64,000 nucleotides of DNA, taken from assembly GCA_963707215.1 (NCBI GenBank), contig CAVPPB010000003.1, positions 896,001 to 960,000 on the forward strand, in the 5' to 3' direction. Below the pieces are notes generated by a model, which was not told where the DNA came from, ran no database searches, and saw nothing but the letters and a program-made list of their open reading frames with translations. Positions 19,272 to 29,588 of the stretch are shown here, piece by piece. The stretch comes from an uncultured Chloroflexia bacterium. GTDB lineage: Bacteria > Chloroflexota > Limnocylindria > Limnocylindrales > CSP1-4. How positions within the stretch are numbered: position 1 is the first letter of the stretch; each line of letters begins with the position of its first letter. The position numbers and the translations under genes are program-made.

Positions 19272-19336
19272 CCGTCGGTCCCTCACGGGCCGACGGGACG
19301 GGACGCCCAGCGCCGCGTGGGTCTACGATGCCCGTC

Positions 19337-19960
19337 ATGGACCATCGTGACGCGATCGTCGCCGCCGGCGCCCGCCTCGGAGCGCGCGGGCTCGTCGCGG
19401 CCGCCGAGGGCAACCTCTCCATCCGCCTGGACCAGCAGACCCTGCTCGTCACGCCGAGCGGACGCCGGAAGGACGAGCTCGCCCCCTGGGATCTGGTCGA
19501 GGTGCCCCTCGACCCGGCGGACGGATCGACGGGCGAGACCGCCGGGCCTCGCCCCTCCTCGGACATCGCGATCCATCGGGCGATCTACCGGGCCCGGGCG
19601 GACGTCGTTGCGATCGCCCACGCCCATCTCGTCTCGACGATGGCGCTCACCCTCGTCGGCGAGATCCCCGACCCGGCGGTGCTGCCCGAGACCGCGCTCC
19701 TTCTTCCCGCCGTGCCGGTCGTGCCGTTCGGCGACCCGGGCAGCCCGGAGCTGGCTGCGCGGATCGCAGCCGCCCTCGCCCCGTCGTCCGCGACGCCGCC
19801 GCAGGCCGCCATCCTGGAGCGGCACGGTGCCATCGCGGTCGGCGCTGGGATCGACCAGGCCGTCGACCGGCTCGAGCTCGTCGACGTCCTCTGCCGGACC
19901 TGGCGTGATGCCCGCCTCCTCGCCCCGGACCGGCCGCCCCGCCCACCGACGACGGCCTAG
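19337..19960 (+). CDS. Class II aldolase/adducin family protein
   Basis: EGNLS, TPSG, PSSDIAIH, AHAH, ERHG; -10 TACGAT 7 nt before ATG 19337. Confidence 0.9.
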   Translation: MDHRDAIVAAGARLGARGLVAAAEGNLSIRLDQQTLLVTPSGRRKDELAPWDLVEVPLDPADGSTGETAGPRPSSDIAIHRAIYRARADVVAIAHAHLVSTMALTLVGEIPDPAVLPETALLLPAVPVVPFGDPGSPELAARIAAALAPSSATPPQAAILERHGAIAVGAGIDQAVDRLELVDVLCRTWRDARLLAPDRPPRPPTTA

Positions 19961-20026
19961 AATGGCGCCGCGCGGTCGGCCCTGGCCGGGGCGCGGAGGG
20001 ATGGGACCCGCAAACGGAGGTCTTGG

Positions 20027-20710
20027 ATGGACGCCCGAAAGTACCTGGCTGAGTTCCTGGGTACGTTCGTCTTCTTCGCGATCGGCTTCACCTCGGTGCA
20101 GGCGGCCGACGCCGCCGGCGTCGCACCGCTGCTCGTGGTGCCGTTCTCGTTCGGCCTTGGCCTGCTGACGGCGATCTATGCCTTCGGGCACGTCTCCGGG
20201 GGCCACTTCAATCCCGCGGTGACCGTGGCGATGGCCCTCGACCAGCGGACGACCCCGGTCGACGCGGTCGGCTACATCGTGGCCCAGGTCCTCGGCGCCA
20301 TCCTGGCCGCCGGCTTCGTCGTGATCCTCTTCAGCCAGGCGGCCGCCGAGGCGGTCATCACGGCCCCCGGCGGCGGTCTCGAGGGCAACGACCTCGGGGC
20401 CGTCCTCCTCGAAGGGGTCATGACCGCGGCCTTCCTCCTGGTCATCCTCGTGTCGACGAAGAGGAACGTGGCCGTTGCCGGGATCGTCATCCCGCTGACC
20501 CTGGTCGCGATCCACTTCGCCATCGCCACGCTGACCGGCGCCTCGGTGAACCCGGCTCGCTCCATCGGCCCGGCCGTCCTTGCCGCGGATCTCGGAGCCC
20601 TCTGGATCTACCTCGTCGGTCCGCTGGCGGGCGCCGTCGTCGCGTGGGCGGTCTACGCCTTCGCATTCGGCAGCGAGCAGGAGGAGGCGGAGGCCTCTAC
20701 CGCCGGCTAG
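20027..20710 (+). CDS. Aquaporin/MIP channel
   Basis: SGGHFNPAVT and SVNPARS; -10 TAGAAT at 19958 and RBS GGAGG. Confidence 0.95.
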   Translation: MDARKYLAEFLGTFVFFAIGFTSVQAADAAGVAPLLVVPFSFGLGLLTAIYAFGHVSGGHFNPAVTVAMALDQRTTPVDAVGYIVAQVLGAILAAGFVVILFSQAAAEAVITAPGGGLEGNDLGAVLLEGVMTAAFLLVILVSTKRNVAVAGIVIPLTLVAIHFAIATLTGASVNPARSIGPAVLAADLGALWIYLVGPLAGAVVAWAVYAFAFGSEQEEAEASTAG

Positions 20711-20732
20711 CCCGACCGGTCCGCGCCGCCAC

Positions 20733-20768
20733 CACGACCCCCTCGGCCCCGTCGGACCCGGGGGTCGT
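20733..20768. terminator. Hairpin between convergent aquaporin and oppF genes
   Basis: ACGACCCCC...GGGGGTCGT inverted repeat. Confidence 0.45.
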
Positions 20769-20836
20769 CCTATCCCCTCGAGGAACGGGACGACGTTGCC
20801 GGACTTGCCGGGCACCGGGCCTGGTGATGGCCCGGG

Positions 20837-21943
20837 TCAGCCGGGTGGGCCCGGATCGGCGCTCGGTGGAGCCACCTCGGGCAACGGAGCCGGAGAGGTG
20901 ACCGTTGGCATCGTCGGCAGCGGCTTGCCGGGTTCGGCGAGCCAGCAGGCGGCGGACTGGCCGTCGCCCATGTCCAGCAAGGGCGGCTCCTCTACCCGGC
21001 AACGGTCGAAGGCCAGCGGACAGCGCGGGTGGAACCGACAGCCCGGCGGGATCCGGGCTGCGTCGGGGGTCTCGCCCTCCAGGATCGTCCGCTTGGGTCC
21101 CTGGCCCGGCGCCGGTGGCTCGGGCGTTGGGGAGACGCTGACGAGCGCCTGGGTGTACGGGTGGCGGGGGCTTCGGATGACCCGGTCGGCCGGCCCGATC
21201 TCGACGATCTTGCCCAGGTACATGACGGCGATGCGGTCGGCCAGGACCCAGGCCAGCGAGAGGTCATGGGTGATGAACAGGTAGGTCAGGCTGCGCTGCT
21301 CACGGAGGTCGAGCATCAGCCGGAGCAGCTCGGTCCGGATCGACACGTCGAGCATCGAGACCGGCTCGTCGGCGACCACCAGCTCGGGCTCCAGGATCAT
21401 GGCCCCGGCGATGACGACGCGCTGCCGCTGGCCGCCCGAGAGCTCGTGCGGGTAGCGGAAGGCGAACTCCTTGGCCGGCATCAGGCCCACCGACTCGAGG
21501 GCCCCGAGGACCCGCTCCTCGCGCTCGGCGAGCGATCGCGCGATGCCGTTGACCTGGAGCGGCTCGGCCACGAAGTCATGGATCGTCTGCTTCGGGTTCA
21601 GCGTCTCGTAGGGGTCCTGGAAGATGATCTGGACGCGCCGCCGGTAGTCGCGCAGGCGTCGCTGACCCCACAGGGCGCTGACGTCCCGGCCCTCGAATTC
21701 GATCCGGCCGGCGGTCTGGCGGGTCAGCTTGACGATGACCCGACCCGTCGTGGTCTTGCCCGACCCCGACTCGCCGACCAGGGCCAGGATCTCGCCGCGG
21801 CGGATGGACAGGTCGATGCCGTCCACGGCCCGGACGAATCCGCGTGGACGGCGCAGGACGATGTCCTCGAGGTTGGCGTGCAGCGGGAAGTAGACCTGGA
21901 GGGCCTCCAGCCGGATCAGCTCGTCGGTCATGCCGCCGGTCAT
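20837..21943 (-). CDS. Oligopeptide ABC transporter ATP-binding subunit (OppF/DppF-like)
   Basis: GESGSGKT, LSGGQRQR, DEP, HPYT, GCRFHPRC. Confidence 0.95.
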   Translation of the reverse strand: MTGGMTDELIRLEALQVYFPLHANLEDIVLRRPRGFVRAVDGIDLSIRRGEILALVGESGSGKTTTGRVIVKLTRQTAGRIEFEGRDVSALWGQRRLRDYRRRVQIIFQDPYETLNPKQTIHDFVAEPLQVNGIARSLAEREERVLGALESVGLMPAKEFAFRYPHELSGGQRQRVVIAGAMILEPELVVADEPVSMLDVSIRTELLRLMLDLREQRSLTYLFITHDLSLAWVLADRIAVMYLGKIVEIGPADRVIRSPRHPYTQALVSVSPTPEPPAPGQGPKRTILEGETPDAARIPPGCRFHPRCPLAFDRCRVEEPPLLDMGDGQSAACWLAEPGKPLPTMPTVTSPAPLPEVAPPSADPGPPG

Positions 21944-23250
21944 GCCGCCGGACCCTGGTGCTCAGCTGCTGGCCGGTCGTCCTGGAGCGGGAGGACGGGT
22001 GCGGCGATCGGGGCCTTGTACGCGGCGACGTCCGCGGCCTCGACGAGCACGCCGCCGTCCTTGCCGGGCGGATGGAGGTGGCAGGCCACCCTGACCCCGT
22101 CGGGGAAGCGCACCTCCGGAGGGACCTCGGCCTCGCAGACGTCCATCTTGAACGGGCAGCGGGGATGGAACCGGCAGCCGCTCGGCGGCTCCCGGAGGTC
22201 AGGGGGCTGGCCGGGGATGACCTCGAGGGCTCGACGATCGGTGTGGATGTTCGGGAACGCCCCCAGCAGCTTCTGGGTGTAGGGATGCCGCGGGGCCGAG
22301 TAGAGACGACGGACCGGCCCCTCCTCGGCGACCTTGCCGGCGTACATCACCAGGATCCGGTCGCACGTCTCGGCCGTCACCGACAGGTCGTGGGTGATGA
22401 GGATCAGCGAGAGGCCCAGCTCGCGCCGGAGCCGCTCCAGGAGCTCCAGGATCTGGGCCTGGATCATGACGTCCAGGGCGGTCGTCGGCTCGTCGCCGAT
22501 GACGATCGCCGGGTCGCAGGCAAGGGCCATGGCGATCATCGCCCGCTGGCGCATCCCGCCCGAGAGCTCGTGCGGGTACGTCGAACCCCGCTTGGCCGGG
22601 ATGCCGACGAGCTCCAGGAGCTCGCTCGCTCGCTTGAGGGACCGGTCGCGCCCGACGCCCAGGCGCTGCTCGATGGGCTCGGCGATCTGCTCGCCGACCT
22701 TGCGGACCGGGTTGAGGGCATTCATGGCGCCCTGGAACACGATGCTGATCTCGCGCCAGCGGTAGCGCCGCATGGCGTTCTCCGATTTCGGCACGAGATC
22801 GACGTCGAAGAGCTTGACGCTGCTGCCCTTGCGGATCCGGGCGTTCGTCGGCAGCAGCTTCACGAGCGAGAGGGCCGTCGTCGTCTTGCCGCAGCCCGAT
22901 TCGCCCACCAGGCCGAGGGCCTCGCCGTCGTCGAGGCGGAAGCTGACCCCGTCGACCGCCTTCACCCAGCCCGATTCGAGCTTGAAGTGCGTCCGCAGGT
23001 CCTCGACCACGAGCAGGGGGGCCGTCGGGTCGGCCAGCTTCGGCATCGGCCAGGGTCGCTGACCCCGGATGCGGTCGCGAGCGGCCTCCGCCTCGCGCAT
23101 GGCGGTCGCCTGGTCGACGACCGACGTCACGCCGTCCGTCGGTCGGGAGGACGACCCGGCCTCGCGCTCGGCCTCGAGCTCGGCCTCCATCCGGGCCGCC
23201 TCGTCCATGTCGCCCCCAAGGGGGCCTCCGCCACCGCCGATGAACGTCAT
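21940..23250 (-). CDS. Oligopeptide ABC transporter ATP-binding subunit (OppD/DppD-like) with N-terminal extension
   Basis: GESGCGKT, LSGGMRQR, DEPTTALD; ATG 23250 overlaps the oppC stop. Confidence 0.93.
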   Translation of the reverse strand: MTFIGGGGGPLGGDMDEAARMEAELEAEREAGSSSRPTDGVTSVVDQATAMREAEAARDRIRGQRPWPMPKLADPTAPLLVVEDLRTHFKLESGWVKAVDGVSFRLDDGEALGLVGESGCGKTTTALSLVKLLPTNARIRKGSSVKLFDVDLVPKSENAMRRYRWREISIVFQGAMNALNPVRKVGEQIAEPIEQRLGVGRDRSLKRASELLELVGIPAKRGSTYPHELSGGMRQRAMIAMALACDPAIVIGDEPTTALDVMIQAQILELLERLRRELGLSLILITHDLSVTAETCDRILVMYAGKVAEEGPVRRLYSAPRHPYTQKLLGAFPNIHTDRRALEVIPGQPPDLREPPSGCRFHPRCPFKMDVCEAEVPPEVRFPDGVRVACHLHPPGKDGGVLVEAADVAAYKAPIAAPVLPLQDDRPAAEHQGPAA

Positions 23251-24194
23251 TTGCGGACCCTCGAGCGCGGATTGAGGACGTCGTCGAGCGCCGACCCGAG
23301 GAGGGTGAACGAGAGGACGACGAGGACGATCGAGAAGCCCGGCGGGACGAAGTACCACCAGGCACCCAGCACCGGGGCTCCGACCGTCTGCGACGCATTG
23401 AGGATCTGGCCCCAGGAGGGCGCGAATGGGTCGCCGAGGCCGATGAACGAGAGGAACGTCTCGGTCAGGATCGCCCCGGCGAAGATGAGGACCGCGTTGG
23501 CGACGATGAGGTTGACCGTGTTCGGGAGCAAGTGCCGCCACATGATCCGACCGGGGCCGGCCCCGATCGCCCGCGCCCGGGTGACGAAGGCCCGCTCCTT
23601 GATGGACAGGGTCTGCGAGCGGATGATCCGGGCGGTCGATGCCCAGCTGGTGATGCCGATGACGAAGATGATCACGAAGAGCTTGGCCCGTATCCCGAAC
23701 ACGACGGCCTCGTCGCCGACGACCTCCCGGATGAGCGGCACGAGGGCGATCGCCAGGACGAAGGTCGGCAGGACAAGGAAGAAGTCGGTGAACCGCATAA
23801 GGGACGTATCGATCAGCCCCCCGGCGTAGCCGGAGGCGATCCCGATGGTGGCCCCGATGACGATGGTGATGATCGTCGCCAGGAGGCCGATGACCATGCT
23901 GATACGGGCACCGTGGACCGTCAGGTTGAGGATGTCGCGGCCCAGTTCGTCGGTACCCAGCAGATGGTCGATCGAGGGAGGCTCGAGCCGGCCTCCGGTG
24001 GCGGTCGAGGCGGTCTGGAGAGGGCCGACCAGCAGGTCGGGGAACAGGGCCAGGGCCGAGAAGAAGACGAGGATGGCCAGCCCGACAAGCCCGTCCCGCC
24101 GCTTGGCAAAACGGCGGGCGAAGTCACGGGCGTTGCGGAGCCGGAGACGCCAGCGCTCGGTGCGCAGGTCGCGGGCGCTGACCGCGGTGGCCAT
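23247..24194 (-). CDS. Peptide ABC permease (OppC/DppC-like)
   Basis: LLGTDELGRD, EAA-like ARAIGA, HLLPN. Confidence 0.95.
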   Translation of the reverse strand: MATAVSARDLRTERWRLRLRNARDFARRFAKRRDGLVGLAILVFFSALALFPDLLVGPLQTASTATGGRLEPPSIDHLLGTDELGRDILNLTVHGARISMVIGLLATIITIVIGATIGIASGYAGGLIDTSLMRFTDFFLVLPTFVLAIALVPLIREVVGDEAVVFGIRAKLFVIIFVIGITSWASTARIIRSQTLSIKERAFVTRARAIGAGPGRIMWRHLLPNTVNLIVANAVLIFAGAILTETFLSFIGLGDPFAPSWGQILNASQTVGAPVLGAWWYFVPPGFSIVLVVLSFTLLGSALDDVLNPRSRVRK

Positions 24195-25168
24195 CAGACC
24201 CGCACCCGTGGGTCGAGGTAGCCGTAGACGATGTCGGCCAGGAGATTGGCCAGGACGACCGACACGGCGAGGATCAGGAAGACCCCCTGGAGGACCGGGT
24301 AGTCGCGTGAGTTGACGGCGATGACCGTCAGCGTCCCGAGCCCCGGCCAGTTGAAGACCTGCTCGAGGGTGATCGCGCCGCCGACCACGTACCCGAGGTT
24401 GATGGCGATCAGGGTCACCGAGGGCAGAAGGGCGTTCGGGACGGCGTGTGAGCGCAGGATCCGGCGATCACGGATGCCCTTGGCCCTGGCTGTCGTCACG
24501 TAGTCCTCGCCGAGGGTCTCGACGATCGACGCGCGCATCAGGATCGAGTACTGCCCGATGAGCCCGACAGCGGCGGCGGTCAGGGGCAGGACGAGGTGCC
24601 AGGCGAAGTCGCCGAGCTGCCCGAGGAAGGAGTCGTAGGTCTTGCCGATGGTGAACATCCCGGACGTGGGGAACCAGCCCAGGGTCGTGGCGAAGATGAC
24701 GAGCAGGATCATGCCGATGAGGAAGTACGGCATGGCATAGAAGATCAGCGATACGCCGTTGCCGATCTGGTCGGTCAGCCCTCCCTTCTTCCAGCCGCTG
24801 TACGCGCCCAGGGCCAGGCCGGCGAAGACCGCGATGAACTCGGCCAGCCCGAAGAGGATGAGGGTCGGCCAGACCCGGTCGCCGATGACCTCGCTGACCG
24901 GCTTGTTGTTGAACTTGAAGGACGTGCCCAGGTCGCCGGTCAGGGTGGCCCCGACGTAGGCGACGAGCTGGTTCGGGATGAGCGGCTGGTCGAGGCCCCA
25001 CCGCTCGCGGATCTGCTCGCGCTGCTCCTGGCTCATGAGCGGGTTCCGGAAAAGGATCCGCTCGGGCGATCCGGGCATCGCCCGGAAGAGCAGGAAGTTG
25101 AGCACGACGATCCCCAGGATCGTCACCATCGCCTGCAGCAGCTTGCGCCCGATGTAGCGGCCGCTCAT
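24194..25168 (-). CDS. Peptide ABC permease (OppB/DppB-like)
   Basis: GDLGTS, DYVTTARAKG, LDPRV. Confidence 0.95.
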   Translation of the reverse strand: MSGRYIGRKLLQAMVTILGIVVLNFLLFRAMPGSPERILFRNPLMSQEQREQIRERWGLDQPLIPNQLVAYVGATLTGDLGTSFKFNNKPVSEVIGDRVWPTLILFGLAEFIAVFAGLALGAYSGWKKGGLTDQIGNGVSLIFYAMPYFLIGMILLVIFATTLGWFPTSGMFTIGKTYDSFLGQLGDFAWHLVLPLTAAAVGLIGQYSILMRASIVETLGEDYVTTARAKGIRDRRILRSHAVPNALLPSVTLIAINLGYVVGGAITLEQVFNWPGLGTLTVIAVNSRDYPVLQGVFLILAVSVVLANLLADIVYGYLDPRVRV

Positions 25169-25188
25169 CTCGCCCCGTCCGCTGGTAC

Positions 25189-25220
25189 GCGAACGGGCCG
25201 CCTTGGGGCGGCCCGTTCGC
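25189..25220. terminator. Perfect 14-bp hairpin between oppA and oppB (mRNA stabiliser or attenuator)
   Basis: GCGAACGGGCCGCC-TTGG-GGCGGCCCGTTCGC. Confidence 0.75.
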
Positions 25221-25254
25221 GGTTCGGTCCGATCCGGTCGTCAGCGACCGGGCG

Positions 25255-27180
25255 CTATTCCTCCTCGTCCTCGCCCGCGGCCGAGCCCTTCGACCGCTGG
25301 CGGGCGACGTAGACGAGGCCGATGACGACGATCGCGGCGATCGCCACCAGGGCCACGATCAGGAGCGTGTTGTCCCCCTCGTCGCCGGTCGAGCCGCCGT
25401 CGTCGGGGCTTGCGCTCGGCGCGGCCGAGGCACCGGGCTCCGCCGAGGCGCCCGGCTCGGGGCTGGGTGTCTCGCCGGCCGCCGTCAACAGCGTGTAGCC
25501 CAGCGGACCGTAGCCGAAGAGCGGCGCGCCGTTGGCGGTGGGCTGGTTCTGCCAGCCGCCGAACCGGTCGGTCCGGTAGACGGCCAGGGTGGCGTCATAG
25601 AACAGGATGTGGTAGGGCGCCTCGTCGTAGTAGAGGTTCTGCATCTCGGCGATGATCGACTGGCGCTCCTCGTTCGAGGTCGCCTCGTTCTGCTGCTCGA
25701 AGAGCGCGTCGTACTCGGGATTGCACCAGAGGCTGTCAGAGCTGCCGCCGATCGAATCGCAGCGGAAGATGTCCAGCAGCGAGTTCGGGTCGACGTCGCC
25801 GGCCCAGCCCCAGATGAAGAGATCGTAGTCGGCCGTGTACTCGTCGCCGGCCTCCGGCGGGAGCATCAGGTCGACCAGGGTCCCGGAGTCGAAGACCTGG
25901 CTGGTGACGGAGATCCCAAGCTCGCCGAACCAGTCGGTGATGAACTGGGCCGAGTTCGGGTAGACCTCGTCGCTGTCGGGCATGACCAGCCGGAGCTGGA
26001 TCGGGTTGCCCTCCTTGTCGAGGCGGTTGCCGTTGGCGTCGAGGACGTAGCCGGCCTCCTCGAGCTTCTGCTTGGCCAGCTCGATGTCGAAGGTCCGGGG
26101 GTTGTCGGGCTCGACGTGCCAGGCGGTCTGGAACGGCGGCACGTTGGTCGTGCCCGGGGTGCCGTAGCCACCCAGGACCCGCTCGACGAGGAGCTCGGTG
26201 TCGACCGCGTAGCCGAGGGCGTCACGGAAGGCGGTGTCCTGGAGCGCCTTGGTCGACGGGCCGCCACCCTCGATGACATTGCCGGTCCCGGTGCCGTAGG
26301 CGTTGAAGCCCAGCTGGGTCCAGCCGTTCGCGTCCGCGGCGACGGTCTCGATGTCCTCCATCGTGGAGAGCTGGTCGAACTGGTCGGGGTTGACGGACGA
26401 CGCGTAGTCGAGCTCGCCGTTCTGGATGGCCGCGGCCATCGTGCCGCTATCGCCGAAGATCTGGATGACGACCGTCTCGGCCGCTCCGTTCGGCTTGACG
26501 TAGTCCGGGTTCTTGGAGAAGCGGATGAACTGGCCGGTCTGCCACTCCTGGGCCTGGTAGGGGCCGGAGCCGACGACCGGCGGATCGTTGGTGTATTCGC
26601 AGATCGTGTCGAGCGTCTGGGTCTCCCAGATGTGCTTCGGCAGGATCGGGATGTAGGTCTTGAGGATCTGGTCGTTGGGCCGATCGGTCACGACCTCGAC
26701 GGTCTCGGCGTCGACGGCCCGGACCTCGGTGACGCCGGCGTTCGAGAGGTAGTAGTCGAGGTAGCTGAGGCAGACCCCGCCGTACTCCTCGTTCGCGAAG
26801 GCGTCAAGGATGAGCTGGAACGTCCAGGCCACGTCCTCGGCGGTCGCCGGGGTGCCGTCGGACCAGACGTTGCCGGGCTGCATCTCGAAGGTCCAGGTCA
26901 GCCCGTCGTCCGACTGCGACCACGCCGAGGCGAAGTCCGGGACCGGCTCCAGGTCCGGCCCGAAGCCGACCAGGAGCTGGTAGTTCAGGGTGAAGACCTC
27001 GAACCCGACGACGAGGGCCGTCTGCCACGGGTTCATCGAGTCGAGGTCCTGGGTCGTCCCGACCCGCAGGGTCAGGTCATCCTGGGCGACCGCGGGGGCT
27101 GCTGCGGGGACGAGCAGGGCGCTCGCCAATCCGAGCGCCACCAGCGACCGCAAGCCGCGAGCACGCAGCGTCAACGCCAT
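25255..27180 (-). CDS. Family 5 peptide-binding protein (OppA-like) with C-terminal TM anchor
   Basis: WSDGTPATAEDVAWT, VGSGPY; type I signal peptide; C-terminal hydrophobic helix followed by RQRSK. Confidence 0.93.
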   Translation of the reverse strand: MALTLRARGLRSLVALGLASALLVPAAAPAVAQDDLTLRVGTTQDLDSMNPWQTALVVGFEVFTLNYQLLVGFGPDLEPVPDFASAWSQSDDGLTWTFEMQPGNVWSDGTPATAEDVAWTFQLILDAFANEEYGGVCLSYLDYYLSNAGVTEVRAVDAETVEVVTDRPNDQILKTYIPILPKHIWETQTLDTICEYTNDPPVVGSGPYQAQEWQTGQFIRFSKNPDYVKPNGAAETVVIQIFGDSGTMAAAIQNGELDYASSVNPDQFDQLSTMEDIETVAADANGWTQLGFNAYGTGTGNVIEGGGPSTKALQDTAFRDALGYAVDTELLVERVLGGYGTPGTTNVPPFQTAWHVEPDNPRTFDIELAKQKLEEAGYVLDANGNRLDKEGNPIQLRLVMPDSDEVYPNSAQFITDWFGELGISVTSQVFDSGTLVDLMLPPEAGDEYTADYDLFIWGWAGDVDPNSLLDIFRCDSIGGSSDSLWCNPEYDALFEQQNEATSNEERQSIIAEMQNLYYDEAPYHILFYDATLAVYRTDRFGGWQNQPTANGAPLFGYGPLGYTLLTAAGETPSPEPGASAEPGASAAPSASPDDGGSTGDEGDNTLLIVALVAIAAIVVIGLVYVARQRSKGSAAGEDEEE

Positions 27181-27338
27181 CAGGTCCCACCTCCAGGTGC
27201 GTCGGACGGCCGCACGGTCGTCCTTCAAGCCCAAGTACCGGCTCCCCTCCGGCACGAGGTGCGCGGCGGCAGCGTGGCACACCGGCCACCTGCGCGCAAC
27301 TCGGGAGCCCACGCCCCGTGTGGCGGGCATCGCCCGGG

Positions 27339-28283
27339 TCATGGGTCGGCGGTCACGACCTCCTCGACGACCAGTCGTCCGGCATCGGCGTCGAGGGTGG
27401 CCACGGCTCCCAGCGGGACCGTCGCGTGATGCTTGCCGTGGCCGACCGGCAGGCCGTAGATGACCGGGACGCCGAGCGGGCCCAGCAGCTCCTCCAGGAC
27501 GTCCTCCGTCGACAGCTCGGTGAGGTAGCCGCTCTTCTTGGTCCGGACGTCGCCGACGACGATGCCGGCGGCCTGCGAGAGCTTCCCCGCGTTCCGAAGG
27601 TGGGTCAGGATCGCGTCGAAGTCCTCGGTGTCGAGGGCGATCTCCTCCAGGACCAGGATCCGGCCCTCCGTCTCCATCTCGACCGCGGTGCCGATGCTCG
27701 TCGAGAGCAGGCCGGCGCACCCCCCGGCCAGACGGCCCCGGGCGGTCCCGCCGTGGATCGTCCGGACATAGGAGTCGTCCGGGCTTGGCGGGATCTCCCC
27801 ATACGGGTCACCGGAGAACAGCGCCCGGCGGAGCGTTTCGCGCGACCAGTCAGTGACCTCCGGCGAGCCCAGACCGGCCGCCCCGTTCGAGTAGAACGAG
27901 ATCGTGTCGTTCCAGCTGGCCAGGGCGAGATGGATCGTCGTCACGTCGGAGTAGCCGCATAGCGCCTTCGGCGGCCCGCCGAGGATCCCGGGATCCAGGA
28001 GCGGGATGAGGCGCGGTGAGCCGTACCCGCCCTGGAGACAGAAGACGGCCCGGATCCCGGGATCCGCCCAGGCCCGCTGGAGATCGGCGACGCGGTCCTG
28101 GTCGCGGCCGGCGAAGTAGCCGTGACGGTCGCTGACGTGTTCGCCAAGGACCACCCGGAGGCCCCACGACTCGAGCGCGGAGACGGCCCGCAGCAGCTCG
28201 GAGCGGTTCTCCCAGGGGCTGGCGGTGGCGACGACGGCGACCGTGTCGCCCTGTCGCAGGCGGGGTGGCTTGCGCACTGCCAT
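27339..28283 (-). CDS. S66 LD-carboxypeptidase/MccF-family peptidase
   Basis: GGYG, GYSDVT (Ser), LEE (Glu), PVGHG (His). Confidence 0.92.
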   Translation of the reverse strand: MAVRKPPRLRQGDTVAVVATASPWENRSELLRAVSALESWGLRVVLGEHVSDRHGYFAGRDQDRVADLQRAWADPGIRAVFCLQGGYGSPRLIPLLDPGILGGPPKALCGYSDVTTIHLALASWNDTISFYSNGAAGLGSPEVTDWSRETLRRALFSGDPYGEIPPSPDDSYVRTIHGGTARGRLAGGCAGLLSTSIGTAVEMETEGRILVLEEIALDTEDFDAILTHLRNAGKLSQAAGIVVGDVRTKKSGYLTELSTEDVLEELLGPLGVPVIYGLPVGHGKHHATVPLGAVATLDADAGRLVVEEVVTADP

Positions 28284-29482
28284 CAGACGAGGAACCTCCG
28301 TGGCGGGTCGAGGTCAACGAGGGCCGGCCGGTCGATCCGGAAGGCGCCGATCTCACCGATCGAGGGAGTCGCGCCATCGATGGCGAGCTCGGCCGCGATG
28401 CGCCCCAGGACCGAGGCGAACTTGAAGCCGTGGGCTGCGCCCTGGAGGACCACGACCCCCGGCGAGCCTGGCAGCTGGTCCACGATGAGGTCGCGATCGG
28501 GGGTCATCGTGTAGAGGCAGGTCCGGGTCAGGAGCGGCGGCCCGACGGCGGTCGGCAGGTGGTCGCGCAGGAACGCCTCCAGGCGGGCTGCGGCGGCGGG
28601 GTCGGGGTCGAAGGTCCGCGTGTCCGGGGTGACCTCCCGACCGCCGACATCCTGGGCGGCCTTCGGCCCCATTTCCCCGTAGGTCGGGAAGCCATAGAAC
28701 GAGGGATCGTCCATCCAGATCCAGATCGGGAAGCGGTCCGGAGCGAAGGCCGCGGGGTCCGGCGCTGCGAAGTAGGTCACCTGCTCCTGGGTGACCGTCA
28801 GCGGCAGGTGAAGGTCGAACGAGGCAAGCACCTCGTTGGTCCAGGCGTCGGCTGCCACGATGACCCGGGCCGCCTCGTGAACGGTGCCGTCGGCGAGGGT
28901 CAACCGGTACGCGCCACCGAGATCGCGGATAGCGACCACCGGCGACGCCCCGACCAGGGTGGCTCCGCGTCGGAGCGCCAGCTCGCGGTGGGCAGCGTTG
29001 CCCCGGTACGGATCGGCCAGCCCCGAGCGAGCCTGATAGAGCGCGACGGTATCGTCGTCCAGGTGCCACTGCGGCCAGCGCCGCATCACCTCGGCCGCAT
29101 CCAGCCGTTCGAACGGGACCTCCTCGGCGGCCATGCTGGCCGCGTAGTCCGCCTCGGGGATGGCGCAGCCATGGGGGAAGAGGTCGAGCCCCCCCGTGAC
29201 GGTGACGACCTGGCTCCCCGTCTCGACCTCGACCTCGGCCCAGGTCTCGTAGGCCCGCTCGGCCAGGCGAACGTAGTCGGGTCGGTGGTAGCTGAGGCGG
29301 ATGATCCGGCTGTGGTCAGCCGACGCCCCGTTCGCGTGGCCGATCTCGAAGCGCTCGAAGGCGACGACCCGGGCGCCGACCCGGCCGGCCAGCCAACAGG
29401 CGGCCGCCGACCCGAGCGCGCCCAGCCCGACGACCGCAGCCTCCCAGGTCCGGCCGACCCTGGCGGCTCCCCCGGGGCTCAT
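28283..29482 (-). CDS. solA: Monomeric sarcosine/N-methyltryptophan oxidase family
   Basis: VVGLGALGS, GASADHSRIIR, CLYTMTPD (covalent-FAD Cys), HGFKF. Confidence 0.88.
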   Translation of the reverse strand: MSPGGAARVGRTWEAAVVGLGALGSAAACWLAGRVGARVVAFERFEIGHANGASADHSRIIRLSYHRPDYVRLAERAYETWAEVEVETGSQVVTVTGGLDLFPHGCAIPEADYAASMAAEEVPFERLDAAEVMRRWPQWHLDDDTVALYQARSGLADPYRGNAAHRELALRRGATLVGASPVVAIRDLGGAYRLTLADGTVHEAARVIVAADAWTNEVLASFDLHLPLTVTQEQVTYFAAPDPAAFAPDRFPIWIWMDDPSFYGFPTYGEMGPKAAQDVGGREVTPDTRTFDPDPAAAARLEAFLRDHLPTAVGPPLLTRTCLYTMTPDRDLIVDQLPGSPGVVVLQGAAHGFKFASVLGRIAAELAIDGATPSIGEIGAFRIDRPALVDLDPPRRFLV

Positions 29483-29588
29483 GGCGGATCCCCGGGCAAC
29501 GCGATCGCCTCGGGCCCGAGCCGTTCCTCGAGGTAGCGCCGGATGTCCCGCGCAGGGCACGCCGCGCGGTCGCTGGCCCGGCGCATGC

